A program made the position numbers and the translations under genes. From NCBI GenBank assembly GCA_902563305.1, contig CACEWP010000005.1, positions 4,211-68,210 of the forward strand: a stretch of 64,000 nt of DNA, given 5' to 3'. Below, piece after piece: positions 52,223 through 63,138 of the stretch. The stretch comes from an uncultured Alphaproteobacteria bacterium (GTDB lineage Bacteria; Pseudomonadota; Alphaproteobacteria; Methylaequorales; Methylaequoraceae). The notes beneath the pieces were generated by a model. It did no database searches. It worked only from the letters and a program-made list of their open reading frames with translations, and was not told the origin of the DNA. Positions within the stretch are counted from its first letter, which is position 1. Every line of letters begins with the position of its first letter.

Positions 52223-52866
52223 AAAAAATAATTTTAGCTGTTCCTAAAGGGAGAATTTTGAATGAACTTATTCCACTTATGAAAAAAATTAAAATTGATC
52301 CTGAGAAAGATTTTTTTGAAGAAAATTCTAGAAAATTAATGTTTGAAACAAATTATAAAAATTTATCAATAATAAGAGTTAGGGCATTTGATGTCGCAAC
52401 ATTTGTAGCATTTGGAGCTGCACAAATTGGAATAGCCGGTGATGATGTTTTAAATGAATTTAATTATAAAGAAATTTATAAAGTTTTAGATTTAGGAATT
52501 GGAAAATGTAGGTTGTCTGTTGCTAAAAAAATTAATAAAAATAAAAACAATCGTCAGAATAATGGTCATATAATGGTAGCTACAAAGTATAAAAATTCTG
52601 TAACTAATTTTTTTGCAAGAAAAGGAATTAGAGCAGAGTGTATCAAATTAAATGGTGCAATTGAGCTTGCACCAAAGTTAGGAATTTGTTCAACAATAGT
52701 TGACTTGGTTTCAACGGGAAGGACTTTGAAAGAAAATGATCTTGAGGAATTAGATGTACTCTTAAATATTACTTCTAAATTAATAGTAAATAAAATTTCA
52801 TATAAAGTGATGAATTTAGAAATATCTAAAATAATAAAAAAATTTTCTACGGTGATAAATGGTTAA
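52219..52866 (+). CDS. hisG: ATP phosphoribosyltransferase, short form
   Basis: LAVPKGRI start and DLVSTGRTLKEN. ATGA overlap with the murA stop. Confidence 0.9.
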   Translation: MKKIILAVPKGRILNELIPLMKKIKIDPEKDFFEENSRKLMFETNYKNLSIIRVRAFDVATFVAFGAAQIGIAGDDVLNEFNYKEIYKVLDLGIGKCRLSVAKKINKNKNNRQNNGHIMVATKYKNSVTNFFARKGIRAECIKLNGAIELAPKLGICSTIVDLVSTGRTLKENDLEELDVLLNITSKLIVNKISYKVMNLEISKIIKKFSTVING

Positions 52867-54157
52867 AATCTTAAATACGAAAGAAAAGGATTTTAAAATA
52901 AAATTTAAAAACCTTCTTAAAAAAAGAGATCAGGATGATTTTAAAATTGACAAAGTTGTTTCTAATATTATTTCAGAGGTGAGGTCTGATTCTGACAAAG
53001 CAATAGTAAGATTAACTAAAAAATTTGATAAATTTAATTTTGATAATTTTGATGACTTGATTGTCTCTGATGAAGAGCTTCAAAGAAGTTATATTGGTTT
53101 AAACAAGGAAACAAAAAAATCATTACAAAGAGCTATTACAAGAATAAAATCATATCATAAGAAGCAAAGACCCTTAGATTCAATGTATAAAGATAGCGAG
53201 GGAGTGGTTTTGGGAGGAATATGGAATCCAATTGAGTCAGTCGGTTTATATGTACCAGGAGGTACAGCTGCTTATCCATCTTCTTTAATAATGAACGCTG
53301 TTCCCGCAATTGTTGCGGAGGTTCCAAGAATAGTCGTAACTGTTCCAGCTACTAATGGAGAAGTGAATTCTCTTGTATTAGCCTGTTGTAAAATGCTTGG
53401 ATTAAATGAGATATATAAAATTGGTGGTGCACAAGCTATTGCAGCAATGGCTCTAGGAACCAAAACAATTAAAAAGGTTGATAAGATATTTGGGCCAGGA
53501 AATGCATTTGTTGCTTCAGCAAAAAAGCAATTTTTTGGAACTGTGGGTATTGATATGATTGCAGGACCCTCTGAAATCCTAGTGGTTGCTGATTCAAAAA
53601 ATAACCCCGATCACATTGCAATAGATCTATTATCTCAAGCTGAACATGACAAATTAGCTCAATCAATTCTAATAACTGATGATAAGAATTTTTCAATAAG
53701 AGTTTTAACTAGCATTGAAAATTTTTTAAAAAAATTGGACAGGAGAGAAATTGCTAAATCAAGTTGGAATAATTACGGTGCTGTTATAATTTGTGAAAAT
53801 CTTTTAAATTCATCTGATTTAATTAATAAAATTGCTCCTGAACATCTCGAGATTGCAGTAGACAAACCGAAAAGATTTTTAAAAAAAATAAAAAATGCTG
53901 GTGCAATTTTTTTAGGTCGATATACACCAGAGGCAGTGGGAGATTATATAGCAGGACCAAATCATGTTTTACCTACAGACAGAACTGCTAGATTTTCTTC
54001 AGGATTAAATTTATTAGATTTTTACAAAAGATCCTCTATTGTTGAATGCAATAAAGAAAATCTAAAAAAAATTGGAAAGGATGCAATTAATCTTGCTTAT
54101 GAAGAGGGTTTACAAGCTCATGCTTTATCAATAGAATGCAGAATAATTAAAAACTAA
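52859..54157 (+). CDS. hisD: Histidinol dehydrogenase
   Basis: [21 protein letters not shown] and PEHLE motifs. Confidence 0.95.
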   Translation: MVKILNTKEKDFKIKFKNLLKKRDQDDFKIDKVVSNIISEVRSDSDKAIVRLTKKFDKFNFDNFDDLIVSDEELQRSYIGLNKETKKSLQRAITRIKSYHKKQRPLDSMYKDSEGVVLGGIWNPIESVGLYVPGGTAAYPSSLIMNAVPAIVAEVPRIVVTVPATNGEVNSLVLACCKMLGLNEIYKIGGAQAIAAMALGTKTIKKVDKIFGPGNAFVASAKKQFFGTVGIDMIAGPSEILVVADSKNNPDHIAIDLLSQAEHDKLAQSILITDDKNFSIRVLTSIENFLKKLDRREIAKSSWNNYGAVIICENLLNSSDLINKIAPEHLEIAVDKPKRFLKKIKNAGAIFLGRYTPEAVGDYIAGPNHVLPTDRTARFSSGLNLLDFYKRSSIVECNKENLKKIGKDAINLAYEEGLQAHALSIECRIIKN

Positions 54158-54162
54158 CGCAT

Positions 54163-54381
54163 ATGGCTAAAGATGAATTAATGGAATTTACAGGAACAGT
54201 GAAAGAACTGTTACCAAATGCAATGTTTAGAGTTCAGCTAGACAATGATCATGAAATAATAGCCCACACGGCTGGAAAGATGAGAAAATTTAGAATAAGA
54301 GTGCTTGCTGGTGATAGGGTTACAGTTGAGATGACACCATATGATTTAACCAAGGGTAGAATAACTTTTAGACACAAATAG
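54163..54381 (+). CDS. infA: Translation initiation factor IF-1
   Basis: 72-aa S1-like protein: [23 protein letters not shown]...AH..GKMR. Confidence 0.95.
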   Translation: MAKDELMEFTGTVKELLPNAMFRVQLDNDHEIIAHTAGKMRKFRIRVLAGDRVTVEMTPYDLTKGRITFRHK

Positions 54382-54385
54382 TTTT

Positions 54386-54961
54386 TTGATACGATCAAAT
54401 AAAATATTACTTGCATCTGAATCTCCTAGGAGAAAAGAACTTTTAAAATTATTGGGTTTCAAGAGTATACAGTGCTGCAAACACCTTATAAACGAGGATA
54501 ATTTCAATTTTAAAAAACCACTATCAAAATCAATAATTAGATTAGCAGAACTAAAAGCAGATTCAGTAAATTCATCACACAAAAAAAAAATAATCATTGC
54601 AGGTGACACAATTGTGATAAGGGCAGGAAAAGTTTTTAACAAAGTTAGCTCACAAAAAGAGGTCAAATCTTATTTGAAGCTTCTTTCAGGAAGAAAACAT
54701 TTTGTCTATGGCGGACTTTGTGTAATATCATTAAAAGGGAAAAAATTTACAAGATTTATAAAAACAGAAGTTTATTTTAATAAAATAGAAGAAAAAGAAA
54801 TGACTAATGAAGTCTTACAAGATGGTATTGGAAAAGCTGGAGGCTATGCAATCCAAAATTTTGGATCAAGGTTTATTAAAAAAATTCGTGGATGCTATAC
54901 AAATATTGTTGGCATATCAATTCCAGAGTTGTATAAAATATTTAAAAGTCCGGAGTTTTAA
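54386..54961 (+). CDS. maf: Maf-family nucleoside triphosphate pyrophosphatase
   Basis: ILLASESPRRKELL N-terminus and AGGYAIQ. TTG start. Confidence 0.85.
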   Translation: MIRSNKILLASESPRRKELLKLLGFKSIQCCKHLINEDNFNFKKPLSKSIIRLAELKADSVNSSHKKKIIIAGDTIVIRAGKVFNKVSSQKEVKSYLKLLSGRKHFVYGGLCVISLKGKKFTRFIKTEVYFNKIEEKEMTNEVLQDGIGKAGGYAIQNFGSRFIKKIRGCYTNIVGISIPELYKIFKSPEF

Positions 54962-55011
54962 TTTGAATTTCTAAAAACGTATGTTAAGTAGTTTTAATAT
55001 TTAATTTTTTT

Positions 55012-55087
55012 GCCCAGGTAGCTCAGTTGGTAGAGCAAGCGACTGAAAATCGCTGTGTCGGTGGTTCAATTCCTCCCCTGGGCACCA
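55012..55087 (+). tRNA. tRNA-Phe (GAA), CCA encoded
   Basis: GCCCAGGTAGCTCAGTTGGTAGAGC...CTGAAAA...GGTTCAATTCC...CTGGGCACCA is a canonical cloverleaf with a GAA anticodon. Confidence 0.95.
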
Positions 55088-55091
55088 TCCT

Positions 55092-55790
55092 ATGAATAAA
55101 CTTAGAATTTTTATAGTTTTTATTTTTTTTGTTGCTCAATCATGCGAATTCAACGAGAAAAATTATTTTCCATCGGAAGGTGGTCTTAAGTGGTTATATT
55201 CAGTTAATATCAAATCTTCTTATACTGGAAAAAGTAATATAAAAAGAATCATGGTAACTAATTTAAGTGAGAATAATGAATCCAATGGTAAAAGTTTTTC
55301 AAGGTTGTACTCGGATGGAAGTTATTATTCATATGCTATAGATGATAAGAAGATTATCCGCACATCTGTAATTCTTGCTTTTTCTGACGGTATTGATGAG
55401 CCCGTCGAAAAAATAATCTATCCTGATTCTGATTTTATCCAAAAAGAATGGATTGTCCGTGAACAGCTATTTCTTGTAAAAGGTTTCCAACCACCCCTTT
55501 TGAATGTTCGACCAAGATCACAATTTGATATGAATTATAAGATTAAGAGGAGGTATAAAAAATTTAAAGTAAATGATTTATTTTTTGATGATTGCATTGA
55601 AATAGAAGGCAAAGGCAATTCAAACTTTATTGGTGATACCCGGTCAGGACCAATAGATGTAAAAATTGAGAATGTCGAGATTTTATGTAATGGAATTGGA
55701 TTGGTGAGGCAAATCCGTTCTGAGAATACAAATGCGTCAGCTTTTGGAAATATGACCTTAATTAAAAATCTAATGAGTTTTAATAAATGA
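55092..55790 (+). CDS. Lipoprotein of unknown function (paralog of 28745-29440)
   Basis: Lipobox VAQSC. Conserved blocks shared with the other copy (YFP..., FIGD...G.I...I, GIGL). Confidence 0.7.
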   Translation: MNKLRIFIVFIFFVAQSCEFNEKNYFPSEGGLKWLYSVNIKSSYTGKSNIKRIMVTNLSENNESNGKSFSRLYSDGSYYSYAIDDKKIIRTSVILAFSDGIDEPVEKIIYPDSDFIQKEWIVREQLFLVKGFQPPLLNVRPRSQFDMNYKIKRRYKKFKVNDLFFDDCIEIEGKGNSNFIGDTRSGPIDVKIENVEILCNGIGLVRQIRSENTNASAFGNMTLIKNLMSFNK

Positions 55791-56695
55791 GTTCAGTATC
55801 ATTTGTAATTCCAGTTTATAATAAATCGTCTTACTTGGATCATGTTGTAAAATCACTTAAGAATCAAATTGGTGATTTTCAAAAAGAATATATTTTTATA
55901 GATGACGGATCTACTGACCAATCCTACACCAAATTATCAAAGCTTACTAAAAACTTAAAAAACAGCAAAATCTTAAAACAAAAAAATAAAGGATCAGCCA
56001 ATGCAACAAATCTTGGAATAAAAAAAGCTAAAATGAAATATCTAAAATTTTTAGATGCAGATGATGTCATTCTTAGTAAAACTACATTATCTTTAATGAA
56101 TATTTTAGAAAAAAATCCGAAGGTTGTTTTAGCTTATGGTCTCCAAAGAAAAGTGAATAATCTTGAGAGTGTTAATTTGTTGGAGGATTTTGATTTTAAT
56201 AATTTCTCTGTTATTGATAAGCCAGTCAAGAAGGCTATGAGAAATTCTATGTTTAATCCTTCACAATTTTTAGTTAGAACTGATTTGTGTAAAATGGTTG
56301 GTGGCTGTGATGAACGAATTAAGTTTAGTCAAGAATATTCATTAACATTAAAATTATCTCTATTGGGAAGCTTTGCAAGGTTAAATTTTCCAGTAGCTGT
56401 TCTTCCTTTTAATGCACCTGGTCAAATTTCCGAAAAAAAAAATAACCAGATTTACAGAGTTTCTAAAGCTCTTGAACTTTTTATATATGACAACCCAAAA
56501 TTAGATAATAACCTAATGCTTTATGCCCAAAGAAGACTTACTGCAAGATCTTGGAGATTTGCAAAAAGATTTAAAAACGCTAAATTTTTTTCAGAGTGGT
56601 TTTTATTATACTTGAGAGGTTTATTCAATATAAATACAGATATACTTACAACATGTAAAAGGGCTAATAGTATCTATCAGGAATTTATTGATTAA
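55787..56695 (+). CDS. Glycosyltransferase family 2
   Basis: VSFVIPVYNK...DDGSTD...LDADD motifs. ATGA overlap with the lipoprotein gene. Confidence 0.8.
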   Translation: MSSVSFVIPVYNKSSYLDHVVKSLKNQIGDFQKEYIFIDDGSTDQSYTKLSKLTKNLKNSKILKQKNKGSANATNLGIKKAKMKYLKFLDADDVILSKTTLSLMNILEKNPKVVLAYGLQRKVNNLESVNLLEDFDFNNFSVIDKPVKKAMRNSMFNPSQFLVRTDLCKMVGGCDERIKFSQEYSLTLKLSLLGSFARLNFPVAVLPFNAPGQISEKKNNQIYRVSKALELFIYDNPKLDNNLMLYAQRRLTARSWRFAKRFKNAKFFSEWFLLYLRGLFNINTDILTTCKRANSIYQEFID

Positions 56696-58086
56696 AAAAT
56701 TTTTCCAGGATTTAGAATATTTTTTGGGTCAAATACCTTTTTAATATTTTTCATTGTCTCTATTTCATTATAGTCTTTATGCTTTTTTAACTCCTCTATT
56801 CTTAGTTGACCAATTCCATGCTCAGCACTTATTGCACCTTCATATTTAGAAACGTAATCAAAAACTATTTGATTAACTGACCTTTTAATTGATTGTTTAT
56901 TTTTTTTTTCTGAATCGTTAATTAAAACATTAAAATGTAAATTATTATCTCCTAAATGACCAAAATTTATTATTTTGCTAGATCGTGAAAAAAGTTTTAT
57001 TTTTTTTGTGGTATCGTTAACAAATTTGTCAATATTAACTAAAGGAATGGAAACATCGTGTGGTATTATAAAATTTTCTTTTCTCTCTGCAAGTGGTATA
57101 GATTCTCTATAGTTCCAAAATTTTCGGTTTTCCTCTTCCGATTTTGAAATTATGAACTCATCATTTTCAAACATGTTAGGTTCAATACTCGAAGCGATAA
57201 AGTTGCTAAAGTTGTCAATTTGGTTAAAATTTGATAACTCAACTAGACAATAGCATTGATTTCTTTTTAAATTGTTTAGCTTGCATTCATGTTTTTCTAA
57301 AACTTCGATAGACTCTTTATTCATAAATTCAAAACTGGTTATTAAATCTTTGAATTTTTTATTCATGTATACATAAAAGTCTAATACTTTTGAAAAAATA
57401 TTAAATGATACCCAGATAACTATTTTCTCTTTCGGTAATGGGTAAAGTTGTATAGTTGCTGCTGTTATAATACCTAAAGTACCCTCTGAACCAATTAAAA
57501 GATTTTTTAAATCGAAACCAGTATTATTTTTTTTAATATTTTTTAAAGAACTATAAATTTTACCACTAGCAAATACAGCTTCAATTCCCATGACACTTTG
57601 TCTGATTGTCCCATATTTTATAACGTTTACGCCTCCTGCATTGGTTGCTAAATTTCCACCTATTTGACAATTTCCTCTAGATCCCATTGATAGTGGAAAC
57701 TCAAATTCATATTTAATTAATTCATTTTTTACATTATCTAAAATACATCCACTCTCAAGAGTGATAGAATTTCCAATGGGATCAATTTTTCTTATTTTAT
57801 TCATTCTTGATAAATTAATAATTACCTCTTTATGGTTTTTTCTTGGAACACCCCCTCCAACTAATCCAGTGTTTCCTCCTTGAGGAACAATTTGAATATT
57901 TTCTCTATGACAAAATTGAAGAATTGAAGAAATTTGTTTTGTATTTTTGGGAAATATTATTAGATCTGAACTACCTACATATTCCCCTCTCCAATCAACA
58001 CAATGTTTTTCTAGAATATCTGATTCAGTTGAATAATCCATAGGATTAAGGGTAGAAATCAACTTATTTATTTTTGTGGTTTTCAT
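56692..58086 (-). CDS. FAD-linked oxidase (GlcD/D-2-hydroxyacid dehydrogenase-like)
   Basis: PCMH FAD-binding domain (VPQGGNTGLVGG...GSEGTLGIIT) and C-terminal SAEHGIG. Confidence 0.8.
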   Translation of the reverse strand: MKTTKINKLISTLNPMDYSTESDILEKHCVDWRGEYVGSSDLIIFPKNTKQISSILQFCHRENIQIVPQGGNTGLVGGGVPRKNHKEVIINLSRMNKIRKIDPIGNSITLESGCILDNVKNELIKYEFEFPLSMGSRGNCQIGGNLATNAGGVNVIKYGTIRQSVMGIEAVFASGKIYSSLKNIKKNNTGFDLKNLLIGSEGTLGIITAATIQLYPLPKEKIVIWVSFNIFSKVLDFYVYMNKKFKDLITSFEFMNKESIEVLEKHECKLNNLKRNQCYCLVELSNFNQIDNFSNFIASSIEPNMFENDEFIISKSEEENRKFWNYRESIPLAERKENFIIPHDVSIPLVNIDKFVNDTTKKIKLFSRSSKIINFGHLGDNNLHFNVLINDSEKKNKQSIKRSVNQIVFDYVSKYEGAISAEHGIGQLRIEELKKHKDYNEIETMKNIKKVFDPKNILNPGKIF

Positions 58087-59055
58087 TTAAGATGATGCTC
58101 TTTGGAGTCTTTCATTAATTGTTTTCCCAATACCATTATTTGGAATCGGAGCGACAACTATTCTTTTTTTATTATATTTATCTAATTTTCTTAAGAAAAA
58201 AAATAAATTGAAAGCAGCCTCGTTTAAATTTGAAGATTTTGAAAGGTTAAGAGTTGGCTTATGAAACGTAATAATTTCAGATCCAAAATTTAGGAAAGCA
58301 TCATCTGAATTTGGACTGTTTATATTGATTTTCAAAGGGGTTTTGGGTGCATAGTGCTTCAGCATTTGACCCGGGGAATTAGGTTTAAAAATTTTATTTT
58401 TTTTTGGATAAAATATTTTAATTTTCTTTCCCAATTTATTTTTTATGAGATTTGTGTCAATTACTCCAAACCTTTTTATTTCGTATGGTTTAGATGTCAT
58501 ATCTAGTATAGTCGACTCTAGACCATACTTCGCCCTCCCAGAATTTATAACCAAATCAATCTTTTTACCAAAAGAATCAAAGACATGCTCTGCATCGGTT
58601 GGTGAAATGTATCCACTTTCATTTGCACTAGGAGCTGCTAAAGGTTTTTCTAATTTAGTTATTATTTTATTAATGAAAGTTGATTCAGGATGTCTGACAG
58701 CAATTGTTTCAAGTCCTGATACAGCAAAATCGTGAACAAGTAAATTTTTTTTTTTAGGTAATATAAGAGTAATTGGTCCAGGCCAGAACTCTTCCATAAC
58801 TAATCTCGAATCTTCATTAATGAATGCTATTTTCTCGGCTTGTTGTATTGAATTAACATGAATAATTAGTGGATTAAATTTTGGTCTATTTTTTAGTTCA
58901 TAAACTTTTTTAATTGCTAATATACTACTTGGATCACAAGCAACACCATAAACAGTTTCAGTTTTTAGCCCAACCAATTTGTCATTTCTAAGAAGTGAAA
59001 CAGCTTCTTTGAAAGAACTATCTGATTCTAACTTTATGTTATGTCTCATCTGCAT
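58087..59055 (-). CDS. tsaC: L-threonylcarbamoyladenylate synthase (Sua5/TsaC type)
   Basis: YrdC domain (TETVYGVACDP, SANESG) plus a C-terminal Sua5 domain, 322 aa. Confidence 0.85.
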   Translation of the reverse strand: MQMRHNIKLESDSSFKEAVSLLRNDKLVGLKTETVYGVACDPSSILAIKKVYELKNRPKFNPLIIHVNSIQQAEKIAFINEDSRLVMEEFWPGPITLILPKKKNLLVHDFAVSGLETIAVRHPESTFINKIITKLEKPLAAPSANESGYISPTDAEHVFDSFGKKIDLVINSGRAKYGLESTILDMTSKPYEIKRFGVIDTNLIKNKLGKKIKIFYPKKNKIFKPNSPGQMLKHYAPKTPLKININSPNSDDAFLNFGSEIITFHKPTLNLSKSSNLNEAAFNLFFFLRKLDKYNKKRIVVAPIPNNGIGKTINERLQRASS

Positions 59056-59284
59056 AATATATGTAAAAAAAAAAAAACTTTAAAGCTTATATTAAATTAC
59101 TGAAAGTTTAGTTAGAAATTTTAGACATTTAATGATTAAATACATCAAAAATTCTTTTAAACATGGACCCTAGATTTCATAAATATTTATATATAATTGC
59201 AGTATGTGCTTTAATAATTGCATTTTTAACAATTTATAAGGGTTTAAATGAAATTAATGTTTTTTTTAATGAGAGGATAAAAAT

Positions 59285-59944
59285 TTAATAATTTATCTTA
59301 TTAGTTAATTCATCAAATCTGTTTATTATAAAATTTGAGTGAAGAGATTCATTAAGCTCTCCGTAGCCATAGGTTACAAATATCGACCTCATTAAAAGGT
59401 TGTTAGCAGGTATAATATCATTATCACTGTCTCCTACCATCACTGAGTTTTCTGGTTTTTCTGAACATTCTTTCAAACATTTTTCTAACATTTCAACATC
59501 TGGTTTTAGCTTTAGATCTGAACAGGAGCCTAAAACAAAATCAAAATAAGAATCGATTTTAAAACTTTTGAGAATTTTTTCAGTGAGAAATTGCTTTTTA
59601 TTCGTGCAAATAGCGAGTTTAAATTTAGATTTTAGTATCTTCAGAGTTTCAGCCACTAGTGGGTAAAGTTGTGATTTCTTATCACAATTTTCATAATAAA
59701 ATCTTAGAAAATCATTTATCATTGAATCCATTTTGTTAAGAGGAATTTGGTGTCCAAGGTGCTTAAAAGCTTTTTCAATCATTGACTGAGCACCACCACC
59801 TACAAGATTTCCAACAATTTTCTTATCAACATTCTTCATTTCTTGCTTATTCAAAACAAAATTAAGTGAATCTATCAAATCTGGCCCACTATTGATAATT
59901 GTTCCATCAAGATCAATTATTATAAGTTTAATCGGTTTATTCAT
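59285..59944 (-). CDS. gph: HAD-superfamily phosphatase (phosphoglycolate phosphatase-like)
   Basis: IIDLDGTI, CTNK and GDSDNDI motifs. Confidence 0.65.
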   Translation of the reverse strand: MNKPIKLIIIDLDGTIINSGPDLIDSLNFVLNKQEMKNVDKKIVGNLVGGGAQSMIEKAFKHLGHQIPLNKMDSMINDFLRFYYENCDKKSQLYPLVAETLKILKSKFKLAICTNKKQFLTEKILKSFKIDSYFDFVLGSCSDLKLKPDVEMLEKCLKECSEKPENSVMVGDSDNDIIPANNLLMRSIFVTYGYGELNESLHSNFIINRFDELTNKINY

Positions 59945-60011
59945 AAAAAGAATTTTCTCCTCAAAAAAAATGTTATAATATTATTTTAATTTTTATTTCA
60001 AGTTTTATTTA

Positions 60012-61319
60012 ATGTCTTTATCAATAATTGTCTTAGCAGCGGGAAAAGGCTCAAGAATGGCTTCCTCTAAACCTAAAGTTCTACATGAAGTTGGAAACTA
60101 TCCAATGTTATTCCATATTTTAGATACTGTAAGTTCTTTTAAAAACAGTTTTGTTAATATTGTAATTTCTCATTCATTTTTAGATTATAAGGATTTGATC
60201 ATTAGTAAATACAATAAAGTAACTTTTTCAATACAGAGTCAACAAAAAGGTACCGCTGATGCTGTTAAATCTTCTTTAACAAACATCAAAAAAAATCCAA
60301 CTGACTACACCATAGTGTTGTGCGGTGATACACCTTTGATTTCAAAGAAAACAATTGAAAAATCTTTAAATAAACTTGTCAAAAATAACTTGGATCTTTG
60401 TGTTATATCAATGAAACCAGAAAATAAAAAAAATTCTTATGGTAAATTGAAATTTAAAGAAAATAAACTGATAGGAATTATTGAACAAAGTGAGATTAAA
60501 AAACAAGATCACAAGGATATTTGTAATTCTGGAATTATGATTTTTAAAACAAAGAGATTAATTGAAAACTTGAAACTTGTTAACAATAATAACAGAAAAA
60601 AAGAATATTTTTTAACAGATTTAGTTGATATCTTTTATAAACAAAACTTTTCAATAGATCATTATGTATGTAATTTTAATGAAACCTTGGGTGTAAATAA
60701 CTTAATTGACTTATCAAGGGTCAATAATGAATTTCAAAAAATAAAGAGAAGAAGTTTTCTTTCAAAGGGAGTTATCATGGAGGCTCCTGATACTGTTTAC
60801 TTTAGTTACGATACGAAAATAGCAAAAAATGTAATTATTCAGCCAAATGTTTATTTTGGTCCGGAAGTAGAGATAAAAGATAATGTAGTTCTAAGAAGTT
60901 TTAGCTACCTTGATAATGTTAAGGTTAGTCAGAATGTTTTAATTGGACCCTATGCCAGAATAAGAGATGGTGTTAATATTAAAAAGAATTCAAAAATCGG
61001 AAATTTTGTTGAAATAAAAAAATCAAATGTAGACGAAAATGTTAAAATATCTCATTTATCATATATTGGCGACTCAACAATCAATAGTTTTAGTAATGTT
61101 GGAGCAGGAGCAATAACTTGTAATTATGATGGGAAGAGAAAAAATAAAACTATAATCGGTAAGAATTGTTTTATAGGATCTAATACATCATTAGTTGCGC
61201 CTCTAAAAATAAAGAATGGTTCAATCATTGGTGCAGGTACTGTTGTAAATAAGGATGTTCCAAATGAAACTGTTGTTTATAGAAAATCAGAATTAATTAA
61301 AAAAGATAAGAAAAAATAA
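60012..61319 (+). CDS. glmU: Bifunctional GlcNAc-1-P uridyltransferase/GlcN-1-P acetyltransferase
   Basis: LAAGKGSRM N-terminus and C-terminal left-handed beta-helix hexapeptide repeats. Confidence 0.9.
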   Translation: MSLSIIVLAAGKGSRMASSKPKVLHEVGNYPMLFHILDTVSSFKNSFVNIVISHSFLDYKDLIISKYNKVTFSIQSQQKGTADAVKSSLTNIKKNPTDYTIVLCGDTPLISKKTIEKSLNKLVKNNLDLCVISMKPENKKNSYGKLKFKENKLIGIIEQSEIKKQDHKDICNSGIMIFKTKRLIENLKLVNNNNRKKEYFLTDLVDIFYKQNFSIDHYVCNFNETLGVNNLIDLSRVNNEFQKIKRRSFLSKGVIMEAPDTVYFSYDTKIAKNVIIQPNVYFGPEVEIKDNVVLRSFSYLDNVKVSQNVLIGPYARIRDGVNIKKNSKIGNFVEIKKSNVDENVKISHLSYIGDSTINSFSNVGAGAITCNYDGKRKNKTIIGKNCFIGSNTSLVAPLKIKNGSIIGAGTVVNKDVPNETVVYRKSELIKKDKKK

Positions 61320-63136
61320 TGTGTGGAATTTTTGGTGTTTCTTCAAATAATCCTGTGATTAATTCGATAATTAAAGGTCTCTCAAAATTAGAATACAGAG
61401 GATACGATTCTTCTGGTGTTTCTATTTTAGATAATAAATTAATAACAACAATCAGAGCTAAAGGAAAATTAAAAAATTTAAATAGAAAGATAAAAAATTC
61501 TAATCTCTGCGGGAATCTTGGAATTGGACATACTAGATGGGCAACACACGGTATTCCTTCCACTGAAAATGCACACCCGCATTCATCTGAGAGTGTTTCA
61601 ATTGTTCACAACGGTATAATTGAAAACTATTCACAACTAAAAAAAATGCTTAAAAAAAAAGGATTTATATTTAAATCACAAACTGATAGTGAGGTTATTG
61701 CTCATTTATTAAGCTATCAATTAAGAACTTATAAACCAAAAGAAGCGATAAAAAATACACTTAAATTTTTAGAGGGGGCATTTGCTATAGCAATACTATT
61801 TAAAGATTTTAATTTATTAGCGGGAGCTAGAAGAGGTAGTCCACTCGCTCTTGGAATTTCAGAAAATACAACGTATCTTGGGTCAGATTCATTGGCATTA
61901 GCTCCATTCACCCAGAAAATTATTTTTATGGAAGAAGGGGACAGTGTATTAATAGATAAAGATAAATTTGAAATTTATGATAAGAAATTCAAAAAAGTAA
62001 AAAGAGAAGTCACAATTTCTTCATTTACGGGTTCGAATCTGGATAAAGGAAATTTTAATCATTTTATGCAGAAAGAAATTTTTGAACAACCACTTATTAT
62101 AGGAGATTCAATATCTAGATTTTTAGATCCAATAAATAAAAAAATAAATATTCTAAATTTAAATATAAGCTGGATTACTTTATCTAAGTTAGATCTTATA
62201 GCTTGTGGCACGTCTTTTTATGCATGTCAAACTGCAACTTATTGGTTTGAAAAGTTTGCAAATTTATCCTCAAGCGCCTACCTAGCTTCAGAGTTTAGAT
62301 ATAAAACTTATATCAAATCAAAAAATACTTTATCAATCTTTATTTCACAATCTGGAGAAACAGCAGATACCCTAGCAGCTCTTAGATTTGCCAAGAAAAA
62401 TGGAAGTAAAATTTTCAGTATTGTTAATAATTCAGAAAGTAGTATTGCAAGAGAATCGGATTTTTTTATAACCATTGAAGCTGGTCCAGAAATAGGTGTT
62501 GCTTCTACTAAAGCATTTACGGCACAACTCAGTATTTTAGCTTGCCTATGTCTAATAGCTGGAAGAGACAGAAAAAAAATTAAAAGTTCTATGGAAAAAA
62601 AACTTACTGAAAATTTGTTAGAAGTTCCTTCAAATATGTCATTAGTTTTTAATGAATTAGATAAAATAAAAAAAATTAGTAAGCAAATTGTAAAGGCCAA
62701 AAGCGTTTTATTTCTTGGTAGAGGACATTTGTTTCCAATTGCTTTAGAAGGAGCACTAAAATTAAAGGAAATTTCCTATATTCATGCTGAAGGATACGCC
62801 TCTGGGGAAATGAAGCACGGACCAATAGCATTAGTTGATGACAAAGTACCAGTTGTTGTTATAGCACCTAAGGATAATCTTTTTGAAAAGAATATTTCAA
62901 ACATGCAAGAGATTCTTGCAAGAGGTGGTAAAGTGATATTGATAACTGACAGTCGAGGAGATAAAGAGGTTGAGGATTCATCTATGAAAAGATTAGTATT
63001 AAATAATTTGCCGGAGTTTGTTCAACCAATAATTTTTACAATACCTGTTCAACTTTTAGCTTATTATGTTGCAGTTTTAAAAGGTACGGATGTGGATCAA
63101 CCAAGAAATCTCGCAAAGTCAGTAACTGTGGAGTAA
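61319..63136 (+). CDS. glmS: Glutamine--fructose-6-phosphate aminotransferase
   Basis: MCGIFG Ntn start, two SIS domains and C-terminal KSVTVE. Confidence 0.95.
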   Translation: MCGIFGVSSNNPVINSIIKGLSKLEYRGYDSSGVSILDNKLITTIRAKGKLKNLNRKIKNSNLCGNLGIGHTRWATHGIPSTENAHPHSSESVSIVHNGIIENYSQLKKMLKKKGFIFKSQTDSEVIAHLLSYQLRTYKPKEAIKNTLKFLEGAFAIAILFKDFNLLAGARRGSPLALGISENTTYLGSDSLALAPFTQKIIFMEEGDSVLIDKDKFEIYDKKFKKVKREVTISSFTGSNLDKGNFNHFMQKEIFEQPLIIGDSISRFLDPINKKINILNLNISWITLSKLDLIACGTSFYACQTATYWFEKFANLSSSAYLASEFRYKTYIKSKNTLSIFISQSGETADTLAALRFAKKNGSKIFSIVNNSESSIARESDFFITIEAGPEIGVASTKAFTAQLSILACLCLIAGRDRKKIKSSMEKKLTENLLEVPSNMSLVFNELDKIKKISKQIVKAKSVLFLGRGHLFPIALEGALKLKEISYIHAEGYASGEMKHGPIALVDDKVPVVVIAPKDNLFEKNISNMQEILARGGKVILITDSRGDKEVEDSSMKRLVLNNLPEFVQPIIFTIPVQLLAYYVAVLKGTDVDQPRNLAKSVTVE

Positions 63137-63138
63137 TC

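Noticed and set aside
59163-59288. 41-aa single-TM ORF (MDPRFHKYLYIIAVCALIIAFLTIYKGLNEINVFFNERIKI) between tsaC and gph
   Set aside because: No SD or promoter is evident. It lies in a divergent/convergent spacer and could arise by chance. It is kept only as a note.
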